Notes under the pieces: generated by a model | The model's database searches: none | Seen by the model: only the letters and a program-made list of their open reading frames with translations | Told to the model about the DNA's origin: nothing | Shown: piece after piece, positions 1 through 11,056 of the stretch | Layout: every line of letters begins with the position of its first letter | How positions within the stretch are numbered: the first letter of the stretch is position 1 | NCBI GenBank assembly: GCA_963791045.1 | Contig: CAWBQK010000011.1 | Span: 64,001-128,000 of the forward strand | Direction: 5' to 3' | Length of the DNA: 64,000 nt | DNA from: Candidatus Latescibacterota bacterium | Lineage (GTDB): Bacteria; Krumholzibacteriota; Krumholzibacteriia; WVZY01 | Position numbers and translations under genes: made by a program

Positions 1-1284
1 GAAGCGTACGCGTGGGCTCTTCCAAATATCGACGGCGCGATCATGTTGAGTTTAAAAATTAGAAACACAGGGACGCAAACTCTCGAAAACGTACGAGTGG
101 GTTCGTTCTTTGAAAAAGAAGGACCGTTCTACTGTTCGAACTGGGTGGTCCAACTCCCCGGATCGCCGCGGGCCAGCGCGCTTGTTTGTGAGGATCTGCA
201 CGGGACGCATGTGGGAATGATTATATTCCCCGGCATTGAAGATGCGAAAGATACATGGACGGGGGGATGTGTTGCCGGTGAGGAAAACCCAAGCACGATT
301 TTCCTCGACCGCCTAAACGATCCCGCATCGGAGGATTTCGGGAAGTTCCCTGAGCCCACGGTTGAGACGGCCGCTCCGGGCGCGTCTGTTCTGAAGTCCG
401 GTGAAACACGAATCGATGAAAAGGCCTGGGTGTACGAGCTCTCTCCAGTCGTTGGATCGCTGGGTCCGGATGAAGAAATCATGGTCAACCTTGCGTTTTT
501 TGCGGTTGCCGAAAAGAATAATCTCGAATCGGCGGCAATAAACACGCTCAAGACATACAACGGTGACGGTATTCACCGGTACCTTCCGCCGCCGGTTTCA
601 ATGACCCCGCGGGTTGTCTGGGGGGCATACCGGCCGTTCGAAACCGATGACAAGGGTGTCAAACGCGTCGCTGTTGATATTGAAGACCTCGGCGCCGAGC
701 CCATTACTCCCGGCAGGATTTCTTATTTCAGTGGAATTGATCCGAGCGCCGTGGAGCGTGTCGAGACGGAACCAGGTGTCGAACAGCTCGTTCTCCGGGG
801 CGAGATGGTCAGAAAGGCCGCTCGCAAAGGGGAACGGATTGTATTGAAAGGCCGTCTCGATGATGGTGAATTCTTCGAAGCGATCTTAAGACCCGAAGAA
901 AACGCCTTCGCTTCACAAATGTCATTTGAAGACGCGAGAGAATTTTGGAAATCCGCGGGCCGGCTGGAAATGGATCTTCTTAGCAGTTCGCCCAACCCTT
1001 TCCGTGACGCGACGACGATTTATTATGAGATACCGTCACTCATCGAACAGGAAAACGGGAATCGCATCGAGTCCCGTGAACCCGTCGAGATGAGCGTTAA
1101 GGTTTACAATGTCGTCGGCCGCCTGGTGAGCGTGCTCTCCGAGGATTTTGTTTCGCCGGGTGTGTACACGACGCAGTGGCGGGCCGTCGACGAGAACGGA
1201 AACGCGGTTGCGAGCGGCGTGTATTACGTGCGGCTTCTCATCGGAAACAAGTACATCACACAGCGACTGATTCTTCTAAAGTAG
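1..1284 (+). CDS. Secreted protein with C-terminal FlgD-Ig / T9SS type A-like sorting domain (5' partial)
   Basis: Frame is open from base 1. C-terminus PNPFRDATTIYY...VYNVVGRLV...W...G..VASGVYYVRL...RLILLK is a typical CTD. Confidence 0.85.
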   Translation, partial: EAYAWALPNIDGAIMLSLKIRNTGTQTLENVRVGSFFEKEGPFYCSNWVVQLPGSPRASALVCEDLHGTHVGMIIFPGIEDAKDTWTGGCVAGEENPSTIFLDRLNDPASEDFGKFPEPTVETAAPGASVLKSGETRIDEKAWVYELSPVVGSLGPDEEIMVNLAFFAVAEKNNLESAAINTLKTYNGDGIHRYLPPPVSMTPRVVWGAYRPFETDDKGVKRVAVDIEDLGAEPITPGRISYFSGIDPSAVERVETEPGVEQLVLRGEMVRKAARKGERIVLKGRLDDGEFFEAILRPEENAFASQMSFEDAREFWKSAGRLEMDLLSSSPNPFRDATTIYYEIPSLIEQENGNRIESREPVEMSVKVYNVVGRLVSVLSEDFVSPGVYTTQWRAVDENGNAVASGVYYVRLLIGNKYITQRLILLK

Positions 1285-1307
1285 ATCAGCCGAGTCATCA
1301 CGAAATG

Positions 1308-1338
1308 GAAAAGGCCGCCCCTTTAGGGCGGCCTTTTC
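1308..1338. terminator. Bidirectional rho-independent terminator
   Basis: gaaaaggccgccc-cttta-gggcggccttttc hairpin between convergent genes. Confidence 0.8.
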
Positions 1339-1414
1339 TGTGCTCGCTAACCCGGCACGGCTGCGTCCGTAGCAACGCCTGCGATCTGCCTTGGGCTCGC
1401 ACTACGCTGCGCTA

Positions 1415-1494
1415 GGGTCCTGTCATCGGTCACCCCGCGCGTGCTCACTATCGTTCCGCGCGCGACGGGGGCCCCACCAATGCCACCCGTGCCT
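1415..1494. repeat. Structured dispersed intergenic element, copy 1
   Basis: Blocks 1415-1450 and 1466-1494 match the reverse complements of 19379-19414 and 19236-19264. Confidence 0.8.
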
Positions 1495-1505
1495 ACGATA
1501 GGTCA

Positions 1506-4500
1506 TTACTTCAGCAGGACCATTTTCTTCGTCAGTGTCGCCTGGTCGGTTTTCAGGCGGTAAAAGTACACGCCCGATCCTACCGGGTTGCCCCTCATAT
1601 CGCGTCCATCCCAAACCGTATCGTGAAGCCCGGGCGTCCTGTCGCCATCGATAAGATTGCGGACACGTGCGCCGGTCACATCGTAAACAACGAGCGACAC
1701 GTGTTGGGTTGCGCCCTGCGGCACCACGAAATCGATTCGGGTCGTCGGGTTGAACGGGTTCGGATAGTTCTGGTGCAGCGCCGCGTGGGTCGTCGACACG
1801 TGTGGTGATTCATCGTCCTCGATACCCGTGGGCACCTCAAACCCGTAAAAACCATTCCGGTGCGAGTTGGCCTGATAGGTCGGCCAGGGCGCCAGATTTT
1901 CGTCATAGGTGCCGGTCAGGTCGAAGAAGTAAATGTTCTGATCCCAGCTGTGGATGACCATATCGATATCGCCGTCCTGATCGACGTCATCCAGGACGGG
2001 AGTGGATCGGACGGCGTCCTGCGCGGCGATCGGGAACCCGGGCGCGATATTCCCGTTGATGTCCCACGCGTATATATAACGCGTTTCGTCGCCGAGGACG
2101 ATATCGAGTCCTCCGTCTCCGTTGATATCGGCTACGGCGAGCGACGCATTATCGGTGAAATCGTTCGAAAGGACCTTCGGCCATCCGGGGTAGTTGCTGC
2201 CAAGGTGGTTGAAGATCCAGATCTTAGTCTCAATCCCATCCCAGGCGTAGAGAACGCATTCCAGATAGCCGTCATTATTGAAATCGGCAAGCGCGGGCGA
2301 CGGTGTAAAGAATATGTCGGCGATTTTCGCGTTTCGCGGCCAACTACCGGCGGCCAGCGTACCATCGTGGTTTATGAGGTACGCTTTACCAACGAGACCC
2401 TTTGTTTGTGCGAGAAGCTCGATGTGTCCGTCGTTGTCGATGTCTCCGGCACAGATGCTCCCCGCGATATCATTGTTCAGTGCAAACGGGAAGCCGGGTA
2501 CCGACGATCCGTCTTCGTTCAGAACCCAGATACTATCGGCGCGGGTTCCGAGGATAATTTCATCCTTGTAGTCGCCGTCGATATCACAAATCGTCGGTGT
2601 TTCGAAGTGGGTGCTAACGACGGGGGTTCTGAAGAACACGCCATCCGTTCGACGGGTTGTCGTCACCGTCACGGTACTCAGTGCCGTCGGAATTCCATGC
2701 GTAAATGACGCCTCGCACGTCAACGGCTACGACCTCGAAGAACCCATCGCCATTCAGGTCGGCCGCCGCTGGGGCCGCCCGGAACATGTCTTCAGCTTGT
2801 TTCGGCCACCCGGGAAGCGCGTCACCATTGAAATCGACGCAGTAGACCATCTCGGTCCAGAGGTCGGCGGCAATAATGTCGAGCCCCGGCTTGTTGTCGA
2901 GGTTGGCAAGCGCGATGGGCGCCGTGAACTCATCGCCCGCGGTTGTGAGAACGCCCCACGTTTGCGGATCGCCGTCACCATCCTTGAGTTCGAGCCCGTC
3001 GTGATGCCAGGCATAGACGTACTGGTTCCCGCAGACGATCTCGAGATCACCGTCCCCGTCGATATCACCGACAACCGGTGAACTCGTTGTCTGGGTTTTC
3101 ATCTGGATCGGGAACCCGGGCATCTGCGGCGGGTTGGTGCTCGCCGAGAATTCGCCGGATATGACGCTCTCGTTACCGGAAAAGTCGATCGTTGTGACGA
3201 CATAGTAGTAGATCGTGTTGGCGGACAGACCCGTATCCAGATAGACGGCGTGGTCCAGACGGATCGACATTAACTTTTGTGTATGGCCCGCCGGGGTCGG
3301 AAGCTGATACACGTTGTAGCGTACGGCGTCGGGCGTCGTGCTGTGGGTCCACGCGACTTGAAGCCGGTCGAGCCCGAGACTTGGATCGATTTCGAGAGCC
3401 ATGGGTGGATCGGGGACTCTCAATTCGATTGTGTCCTGGTACACATGACCAAAGAGATCGGTCACCGCCACTTCGACAAGATTCTCGACACTCGTATTGG
3501 TCTCCTCGAGGTGGAATCCCGCCAGATTCTCATCGCCGACAAATGGGAACATGTCCGAGTAAGCGTCCGTCCCGTCATGTACGGTTACCTGGCCGCTCAA
3601 GTCGGTCACGACGGCCGTCAGATCCGACGCCGTTCCCGTTCCGTAGTTTTTCAGACCATAGAAGAGGAGGAACTCCTCGTTGTCTTCGTTGACGCCGTTT
3701 CCATTCCCGTAAGGAGGATCGTCGTAGATACGCAACGTCGTGAGCGCCAGGTCGGGCGCGTGGACTTCCCTGCGGAACATGTCCGCCCATGTGGGACTCC
3801 CGTTGTTCTGGATAGAGAGGTCGAACTCTACCGACTGTTCATCGACGATGGCCGCATCAAAAATACACGGACCGGTCGGATGCCGCCACATTTGAACTCG
3901 TTCCGATCACGCCAAACGTTGCCGTGCTGTCGAGGACCGTCGCCAGAGCGTCGTCGCAGCGGAACTTTGCCGTCACGTTGCCCGACGAGGTTCCGCCGGT
4001 GTTTGTCAGTTCGAGTGTGAAGTCGATCGTCTCACCGGCATCGATGATGCCGTCGCCATTGCCGAACGTTCCACCGCTCTGGTCGTCATCGACCGTGAGC
4101 GACGCGAAGTTCACATAGGCGCCGGCGGACGGGATCGACGGTGATCGTGTCCCTGGTGGCGGACGAGGTTCAACCCGGTCACCACAACGGTGATTTCACC
4201 GGGACTCTCCGCCGTAAAATCGAAGACGACGTTGCCGACCGCGTTGGTCGCACCATACTGGTAATCGTCATTATCCTTGGAGAGACAAACAAATGCCGAG
4301 TCGACGGGCACGCCGCCCGAAGTGACATTTACAAGAACACTCGACGTGCCGAGGCCAACATTCGCCACGTGAAACACATCGATGTCTTTCGCCTGTGCAG
4401 TATAGAGCGGCATCTCCGGGTCGGCGAGGAGCGTATAGATATAGTGCGTCCACAGATCGACATTGTCCCCGGCGATGGCGACCGGTGTTCGTGGCAGTCG

Positions 4501-6262
4501 TGAACGGGCGAAGGTCTCGCCGATATGGACGACGTTATCGTTGAACAAGAGTTCGTAATACTCGTTCATATAATTGGACGAAGAGTTGGGGTAGGCGCTC
4601 TCGTTGGCCCCGATTACCGAAACGGCGCCGCCGTTGGGGTTGGCGAGAAAGTGTTCGGCAAGACAGAAGAACTGATATGCCGCCGCGGTGCAGTTGAGCA
4701 TGTAGAGATTCGTCAACCGGCAGCCGTTCGTCAACAAATCGACGTCGGAGTTCTCGACGCTGGCGTTGGCCGTGGACATCGTAAACCGGAAACCATGGCC
4801 GATATGATTGACATGATTGAACCCGACGTCCATGGAGTCGAGGGCGGCCTGTTTTGTTTCGGGCACCGCGTTTGTGAAGAGCCAATCGGTCTCATACATC
4901 TTTATAATATCGATCGGTTTGCCCTGGAGACTCGTCGCATAGATGAACTCGGCGAAGTCGGCGCCGTTTAGGCTCAGAGGCAAGTCCGGCCACTCGAGTG
5001 GGAAGAGAACTTCGGCAAGAAACATATATCGATTGAGGTAGTCCGCATCGCATGGCGTCTCATAATCGATGATCTTGTCGATCATGAGCGAGACGTCGGC
5101 GAGGTCGGACCGCGCTATGCGGCCGTTGTAGACTTCCGCGTAGAGATCGGGGTTGTCATATGGGACGAGTTTGAAGCCCTCGCCCCAGTACTTGTCGTGA
5201 GTGTCGTTCCACGAACCGTCGAGACACCCGAAATACATATCGGCGGTGAGTTGTGTGCCGTTTAGATGGTATCGACTGAGCGCGTACCTCGGCGGCATGA
5301 TGTCTGTGTCACCGCCAAGAAGAACGTATGTGATTCCCCACTTGGCGTATGCGTCCTGGATAAAGAACCGTATCGTCTCCTGGAGATCGACACCGTTGCG
5401 CGTATTTGCCTCGATCCACTCCACCGTCCGCACCACCGTCGGCACGCCCTTTGTCGTTTTCCAGTCGGCGAGACGCTGGTACTCGCCCGCCAAAGCGTCG
5501 GTCGTAACGATCAAGATAATCGACGGGGCTTCCCTCGAGCGACGGATAGGTCGTCGGCTGAAAGCCGCCCTTCTCCTTCTCCACCGCCACCTCGTCGAAC
5601 ATGTAGCGCCCGTTCATCTCCGGGTTCACCACAAACGCTTCGAGCATCGACTCCACGCTCTTCTGGAAGCCTTCGCGGAAACGCTCGCGGACCACTGGAA
5701 CATCCGTAGCCAGCGTCGTCGTGATCTCGACCGTCACCTTCTCGGTGAGAACCAGGTCACCCGAATCGACACGAACCGGAAAGACGGCAAACGAAGCGAT
5801 CGCGCGTCCGTGGAGATAGCTTGTACCAAGGTAGCGCCCGAGCGCTTCGGGGAAAACCGTCCCCGCATCGGACGCGGCGGCAAGCGGCTCACCCCGGCCC
5901 ACCGTGCCATCCTCGGCGACCATAGGGCCCGCCTGGGCGATTGCGGCACGGCGGAGCATTGTCAGCACGGGACCGTCGGCCGTGAACCGGAACGACTCAA
6001 CCGTGTCCCCCTGCGGGAGAAGCACACTGATAATACGGTATGGAAGCTCGGGCGATCCTTCTTCCGCCAACAGATCGTAACCGGCGGCCGAGACCTGAAT
6101 CGTCGCCACACCGGCGTCGGTCAGGACGGTTACGTTTTCTCTGGGGAGTTGGATCAGAAACGACAGTTTCTCCGCGAAGGTTGTGGAAGCAATAGATGTG
6201 CACAGGAGAATAACAATCAACCCAATGGCGAATCCCGGTCGCCGGCGGGGAGTTCGATGCAT
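1506..6262 (-). CDS. C25 (gingipain-family) cysteine peptidase with propeptide, Ig/FnIII, FG-GAP repeats and FlgD/T9SS-like CTD; ~1580 aa, split by frameshifts
   Basis: Five consecutive ORFs (5309-6262, 4111-5514, 3857-4114, 2614-3891, 1506-2723) join into signal peptide, propeptide, YVLLGGD..HIGHG..LNC catalytic domain, FnIII, GDIDGDG repeats and QNYPNPFNP...SGVYFYRL...KKMVLLK. RBS gaggaggg. Confidence 0.85.
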
Positions 6263-6446
6263 GAGTCCCTCCTCGGTGAGACACCACCAACGAATGACAG
6301 TGGGCGTACGCAGTACGACACTCGTCAGCTGTTATTAGCGGATGTGAACGAAAACGATCGGTGCACTAAGGCGGTAGCAGTGTAGGTAGGTCCGCTCCTT
6401 GAGGGCGCGCTGCAATCAAAGCGACTTTTCCAATTGTCAGGCGGCA

Positions 6447-6475
6447 AGTTTACAACATTTCTTGGCAAATGTCAA
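6447..6475 (-). promoter_or_regulatory. Sigma70 promoter for the C25 gene
   Basis: Minus strand TTGACA-17 bp-TAAACT. Confidence 0.65.
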
Positions 6476-6532
6476 GACGCACGCCCACGGGGGGCGTGCG
6501 TCTTGCGTTCTCATGATTGGAGCGAGTCGGGC

Positions 6533-7039
6533 CTAGTCGCCGTTTGGATCTTTGTACAGTTGGACGATTTCGCCCTTCATCCCGTATCCGTTTATGAGGT
6601 ATCCCGTCACCTTGCCCTCGGTATTGACCGCGTACACATATCCCGTTTGACCGGGCACACATGCGGCGCCGTTGACGGGCTCGATGCGACACAGATAAAC
6701 GGGATTCTCGAGGAGCATCCCTTCGGGGAGCAGATCGATAAACGTATCGCCAGCAGGCGTCCTTTGCGCCGAATCGTAAGGGTAGTATCCGCCGTTGGCG
6801 GCGGCAAACTCCTCGACGGCGGCCTGGACGATGAGACAGTTCTCGAGGACCTTCTCTTTGAGGGACATAGGAAGCTCGAGTTTCTCAACGTCGCTATCCT
6901 CAGGCAACACGACCCGCGACGCGTCCATCACCTCATTGGGCAGGGTTGGCGCCAGCGGCGCATACTGCGCGGGCTCCTCATCGCATCCGACGACAACCAG
7001 CGCAACTACAAATATTGAAATCAAATACAGCCGGTTCAT
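6533..7039 (-). CDS. Lipoprotein with pilin/pseudopilin-like globular domain
   Basis: Lipobox VVGC, RBS ggagg; ENCLIVQAAVEEFAAANGGYYP...LLENP resembles the C-terminal helix of pilins. Confidence 0.7.
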   Translation of the reverse strand: MNRLYLISIFVVALVVVGCDEEPAQYAPLAPTLPNEVMDASRVVLPEDSDVEKLELPMSLKEKVLENCLIVQAAVEEFAAANGGYYPYDSAQRTPAGDTFIDLLPEGMLLENPVYLCRIEPVNGAACVPGQTGYVYAVNTEGKVTGYLINGYGMKGEIVQLYKDPNGD

Positions 7040-7236
7040 TCCATGGCCTCCGGGTTATTGTGTTCTATAATATCGCACGCAAGCCGTGAGCCAAACTGTA
7101 TCCGGGGAGGCCGATGGCGGCCAAATTGAGCGATTGGGGGATTCGCGGGAAAGTCCGTCGCGGTGTGGATTCCACTCAGAAGGCGTGTTATATTTGGAGA
7201 AATGAACGACTTCGGTCGCCGCGCAAAGAGAGTTTA

Positions 7237-7791
7237 ATGAACCGGATTGCCCGCATACTTCTCGTCCTGATTGTCGCCTCGTCATGTTCGAAATCCGCCA
7301 ACCCGGACAACGTCCTAACCGACCATGGCTACACTTTTTTGTACGATGAGGTGTTCTACGTTGATATTGAGATTTCATATGAAGATGCGTGGTTCAACAT
7401 CCTCTACGCGCTCGAAGATTACGAGTGGCCTATCGAATACGATTCGCAAACATCCGGGACAATCACGACGGAGTTGACGGATATCGGCACCAACCGGGAC
7501 AGGTACGCGTGCCGGAACTATCTGGATTCCCGAACCCGGGTTGACGCGATGGCGTGCAAGCTTCGGGTTCAGGTATCGCCGGTCAACGAGATCGTGACCC
7601 GAATTCGGATTCAAGCAGAAATCCGCGGGCGCTACGTATACGTATCGTCGCGGGGAGACGAGCGCGTCGGTGGATGGTGGGAGTGCACTTCGACCGGCGA
7701 GATCGAAGGAGAGATTTTCGATTCTTTCCTGTCACGCGTGGAGCCAATAAAATATGTGGCTCCGATCTACCGCCCATGGTCCCCGGATTGA
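7237..7791 (+). CDS. Lipoprotein, BamC/NlpB-like domain
   Basis: Lipobox ASSC; SYEDAW..ILYAL...WPIE.DS.SG.ITT pattern. Confidence 0.65.
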   Translation: MNRIARILLVLIVASSCSKSANPDNVLTDHGYTFLYDEVFYVDIEISYEDAWFNILYALEDYEWPIEYDSQTSGTITTELTDIGTNRDRYACRNYLDSRTRVDAMACKLRVQVSPVNEIVTRIRIQAEIRGRYVYVSSRGDERVGGWWECTSTGEIEGEIFDSFLSRVEPIKYVAPIYRPWSPD

Positions 7792-7854
7792 TAATCCCAG
7801 TTTAGTTCCAGACAACAATCTCGACCCCATGCATGGGATTAGCGCGTAACTTGA

Positions 7855-9144
7855 TTACTCCTCTTGTTCTTTGAAGCCTCCCGCCACCTTCTGGAAAGCG
7901 ATCATAATAAAGATGGCAAGAACGAGGTGCGCCGCCAGGGTGTACCAGACATACTCCGGCTTGCCCATGTCTCCAAAGTAACCGTAGAGCGACGTGTAAA
8001 GAACGCCGCTTGTCGCGCCGCCAATCCCCACCGCCAGAAAGTTCGTTCCCATATACAGTCCGGCTTTTTCTTTGGGCGCGATCCAGGTGATGTATTCCTG
8101 GATTCGCGGCGAGGCGATCATCTCCCCGACGGCAAAGAAGAATATTCCGAGGAAGACAAAGGCGGCGGAAGAAACATTGGCGAATCCCAAAATCATAAAA
8201 CCGATGGCGGCGACCAAAAGTCCAACGAGAAAAGAAGGAATCGCCGGAAGTTTCTCAAAACCTCTCGAGATGAAGACCTGGATGATCATGATGATGTATC
8301 CGGTGTGCGAAATAGTTTCGCCAAGAACACGGCGCACGCCGTCTTCTCCTTCGTGTGAAAAGAAATTCGCGAACCCCGTCCCGAATACCGCCTGGATATT
8401 CATGTAGAGCTGCGCCGTGTCGATGTTTCGATCCACGTAGATGGCGCACAGGTTAAAAAACGCCCAGAACGGAAGCCAGAAAAACAAACCCAGAATAATG
8501 AGAAACGCGGAAAACTTGATATCTGACAGGGCAACGCCAATGTCTCTGAACTTTTCTCCCAGGCTCGCTCCCTCGATTTCACGTTCGGGTTCTTTGTAGA
8601 AAAAGATCGTAACGAGAAGCATGAAAGCGATTGAAATCCCGGCGGCGATAAATGCGTAGTTCCAGGAAATAGCCCTAAGTTTGCCGGCAACGATGGGACC
8701 AAACGACCCGCCGACGTTTACCATGGCATAGAAAATCCCAAACCCCAGGGTCTTGTTCGACGAGTTGGTTACCGCCCTGACGGTGCCGGAGACAAGTGGT
8801 TTGAAGATGCCCGCGGCGAGCCCGATGCTGAGCATCGTCAGCGCGATCCCCGAAAACGATTTCGTTACAATCAAAAGCAGGATCGAGGGCAGATATGCCA
8901 GGTATGACACGATGAGAACTTTTTTGAATCCATAACGATCCGCGAAGGTCCCCGAGATCAAGGGGACGGTGTATGAAATCAATAGGAAGAGACTTTGGAC
9001 GATGCCGAGCTGAGCCCGGGTGTATCCAAGGTACTCCATGTAAATCCCGAAGCCGAAGTAGATGCCGTAATACGAAAACCGCTCGAGAACCTCGATGAGG
9101 TTCGCCACCCAAAACACGGGCGGGAATGGCGTCCGCTGCTTCAT
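7855..9144 (-). CDS. MFS transporter, POT/peptide-transporter-like
   Basis: ExxERFxYYG motif (EVLERFSYYG), GxxADRxG, ~12 TM segments, RBS aggagg. Confidence 0.9.
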   Translation of the reverse strand: MKQRTPFPPVFWVANLIEVLERFSYYGIYFGFGIYMEYLGYTRAQLGIVQSLFLLISYTVPLISGTFADRYGFKKVLIVSYLAYLPSILLLIVTKSFSGIALTMLSIGLAAGIFKPLVSGTVRAVTNSSNKTLGFGIFYAMVNVGGSFGPIVAGKLRAISWNYAFIAAGISIAFMLLVTIFFYKEPEREIEGASLGEKFRDIGVALSDIKFSAFLIILGLFFWLPFWAFFNLCAIYVDRNIDTAQLYMNIQAVFGTGFANFFSHEGEDGVRRVLGETISHTGYIIMIIQVFISRGFEKLPAIPSFLVGLLVAAIGFMILGFANVSSAAFVFLGIFFFAVGEMIASPRIQEYITWIAPKEKAGLYMGTNFLAVGIGGATSGVLYTSLYGYFGDMGKPEYVWYTLAAHLVLAIFIMIAFQKVAGGFKEQEE

Positions 9145-9554
9145 GTGTTCCTCCTGGGCTGGATGGATACTCGAAAATTGCCGGTACGTATTGTACCATG
9201 ACCTCCCAATCGACACCAACCACCAGTGCTTCTCGTGTCGGGCGCGGGTTCTCATGCTCTGAGGCTTCAACAACCAAGAACGCGAGCCGCCACCCGCGCC
9301 CGGCAGTTGAGCATGTGGGGTGTAAAGTTTTTTATTTACAATTGATTAGACGCGGGTTTGAGATTCAACCGGCTCCGTCGTTGGAGCTGTACGCATCGCG
9401 ACGGGCAATAATTTCTCGATTTCGGGTTTTTCTTGCGGTATAATATCGTCGACCGGTCCCGGACCGGTTCGATTCGCCTGTTGGTATGTTTTTTCGACCG
9501 TGAGTGCCCACGTAGCGTTGAAGCCTCGTGGACATAACACGTATGGAGGTTTCG

Positions 9555-9842
9555 ATGAAGATCTACGTGGGAAATCTTTCGTTTTCTACAACGGAAGACT
9601 CGCTTCGTACCGTGTTCGAAGAGTTCGGTACGATTGAAGAGGTAACGATCGTCGAGGATCGCGAAACGGGTCGTTCGCGTGGGTTTGGCTTTGTGACAAT
9701 GTCCGATGCCTCGGCGGGGGCTGCCGCGATCGAAGCGGTCAATGGTCGCGAAGTTGACGGTCGTGCTTTGAACGTGAACGAAGCGCGCCCCAAAAAACAA
9801 GGCGGTGGTGGCGGCGGTGGTGGCGGTTTCAGACGTCGCTAG
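9555..9842 (+). CDS. RRM (RNP-1) RNA-binding protein with Gly-rich tail
   Basis: IYVGNL (RNP2) and RGFGFV (RNP1); RBS ggagg; TATAAT at 9439-9444. Confidence 0.95.
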   Translation: MKIYVGNLSFSTTEDSLRTVFEEFGTIEEVTIVEDRETGRSRGFGFVTMSDASAGAAAIEAVNGREVDGRALNVNEARPKKQGGGGGGGGGFRRR

Positions 9843-9867
9843 AGGCCATCAGCCTTGAACATCTTCA

Positions 9868-9905
9868 AACGGGATCCGCCAGGTGCGGGTCCCGTTCTTC
9901 TTTTC
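9868..9905 (+). terminator. Rho-independent terminator
   Basis: aacgggatccgc-caggt-gcgggtcccgtt followed by T-rich tract. Confidence 0.7.
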
Positions 9906-9995
9906 GATCCCGCTCCATGCTGGTTTGTGCCCCGTCGCCGTGCTATACTGTCAATGCCTGCATGATCCCTGACAACCCAGACAGGTGGTGATAAT

Positions 9996-10754
9996 ATGCA
10001 ACACCGACGTGCTGCCTCGGTTATCCTGGCGGCGATCCTCATCCCCTGCATTTGGATCACCATCGGCTGTGATTCTTCAACAAGCCCTTCGAAGCAAGTA
10101 AGTTCCATTTTTGATCTGACGCCCCGGGATAATCCCGAGGCGGAAGCCGCCGCGTTGTGGCTCTCCGGTGATCTGGTGGCGCCGACGGATCTCTATGAAG
10201 AACTCTTCAGTGGTTACTCGCGAATCCGGGGCGCTTATGCGGACAGCATCCCCGAACTCAACCAGGTGACCTTTGTGTCACCCTGGATGCCGGGTGAACT
10301 CCTGCTCAAGCTCACGGATGACGCCATTGCCGAATTGAGACGCGGCGAGTACCACGATCTCGATTCTTTGAATACCTACTATCGTGTTGCCGAGATCGAC
10401 ACGCACCTTATTGATTTCATCGGGTGGATGCATCTGATTTTCGAAGGCCGCCTTCACCCCGAACGCCTGGCAGAAGAATACGGCCAGGTACCGTCACTAC
10501 TCATGGCCGAACCCAATGGTACATGGAGCAACCAGGCTGACAATTATCCATGGTTGATTGATGGTGGAATCAGCTACCTGTTCCGATACGGGTGGGGTGA
10601 TTGCCCGGCCGGTTGTATCTACAACCAGTTTTGGTATTTCAAGGTCCGGGAGATATCGGGCTACGTGGAATACCTGGGGACGTTTGTTTCGGGAGAGGGT
10701 CCCGAACCCGACTGGTGGGCCGAGGCGAGAGCCGCCTACGACGCCAAGCACTAA
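9996..10754 (+). CDS. Hypothetical lipoprotein
   Basis: Lipobox TIGC; GWGDCPAGC motif. Confidence 0.8.
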   Translation: MQHRRAASVILAAILIPCIWITIGCDSSTSPSKQVSSIFDLTPRDNPEAEAAALWLSGDLVAPTDLYEELFSGYSRIRGAYADSIPELNQVTFVSPWMPGELLLKLTDDAIAELRRGEYHDLDSLNTYYRVAEIDTHLIDFIGWMHLIFEGRLHPERLAEEYGQVPSLLMAEPNGTWSNQADNYPWLIDGGISYLFRYGWGDCPAGCIYNQFWYFKVREISGYVEYLGTFVSGEGPEPDWWAEARAAYDAKH

Positions 10755-11056
10755 TTCCCTCCTCCTTTTCGACAGGCGATTCGTGCTGGCCCGTGTCTTT
10801 TTGGCACGGGCCTTGTATCCCTTCCGAAGTTTATGTCTCCAATTCATGTGTTTTGATAGGCCGTCCCGAATTGTGCTAAGGTGTTACATCTGAGCATGAT
10901 AGAGGGTATGTGAGCAGGATTTGACGGATGTCTTTCAAAGAAATGATAGTCAGAAGATTCCTGGAAATCGCGGTGCGAGTGCATAGCCCGCGACAGCTGC
11001 GGGTATGGCAGCGCAGATTCTTCAAGGCCAGGTTGATCGCATCGGAGGTAATGCGG

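Noticed and set aside
1860-2708. Long antisense ORFs (also 5201-6385, 24816-25724, 29265-30236, 31259-32527, 52365-53300)
   Set aside because: They lie opposite well-supported genes, are expected in GC-rich DNA and carry no motifs.
4111-5530. Programmed ribosomal frameshifting in the C25 gene
   Set aside because: No slippery heptamers at the junctions, and similar insertions occur in unrelated genes.
9289-9300. gccacccgcgcc (and cgggtcctgtc near 28917) as extra copies of the structured element
   Set aside because: Only 11-12 nt GC-rich matches without the partner arm; compatible with chance.
9801-9827. GGC/GGT trinucleotide run
   Set aside because: Encodes the ordinary Gly-rich RRM tail.
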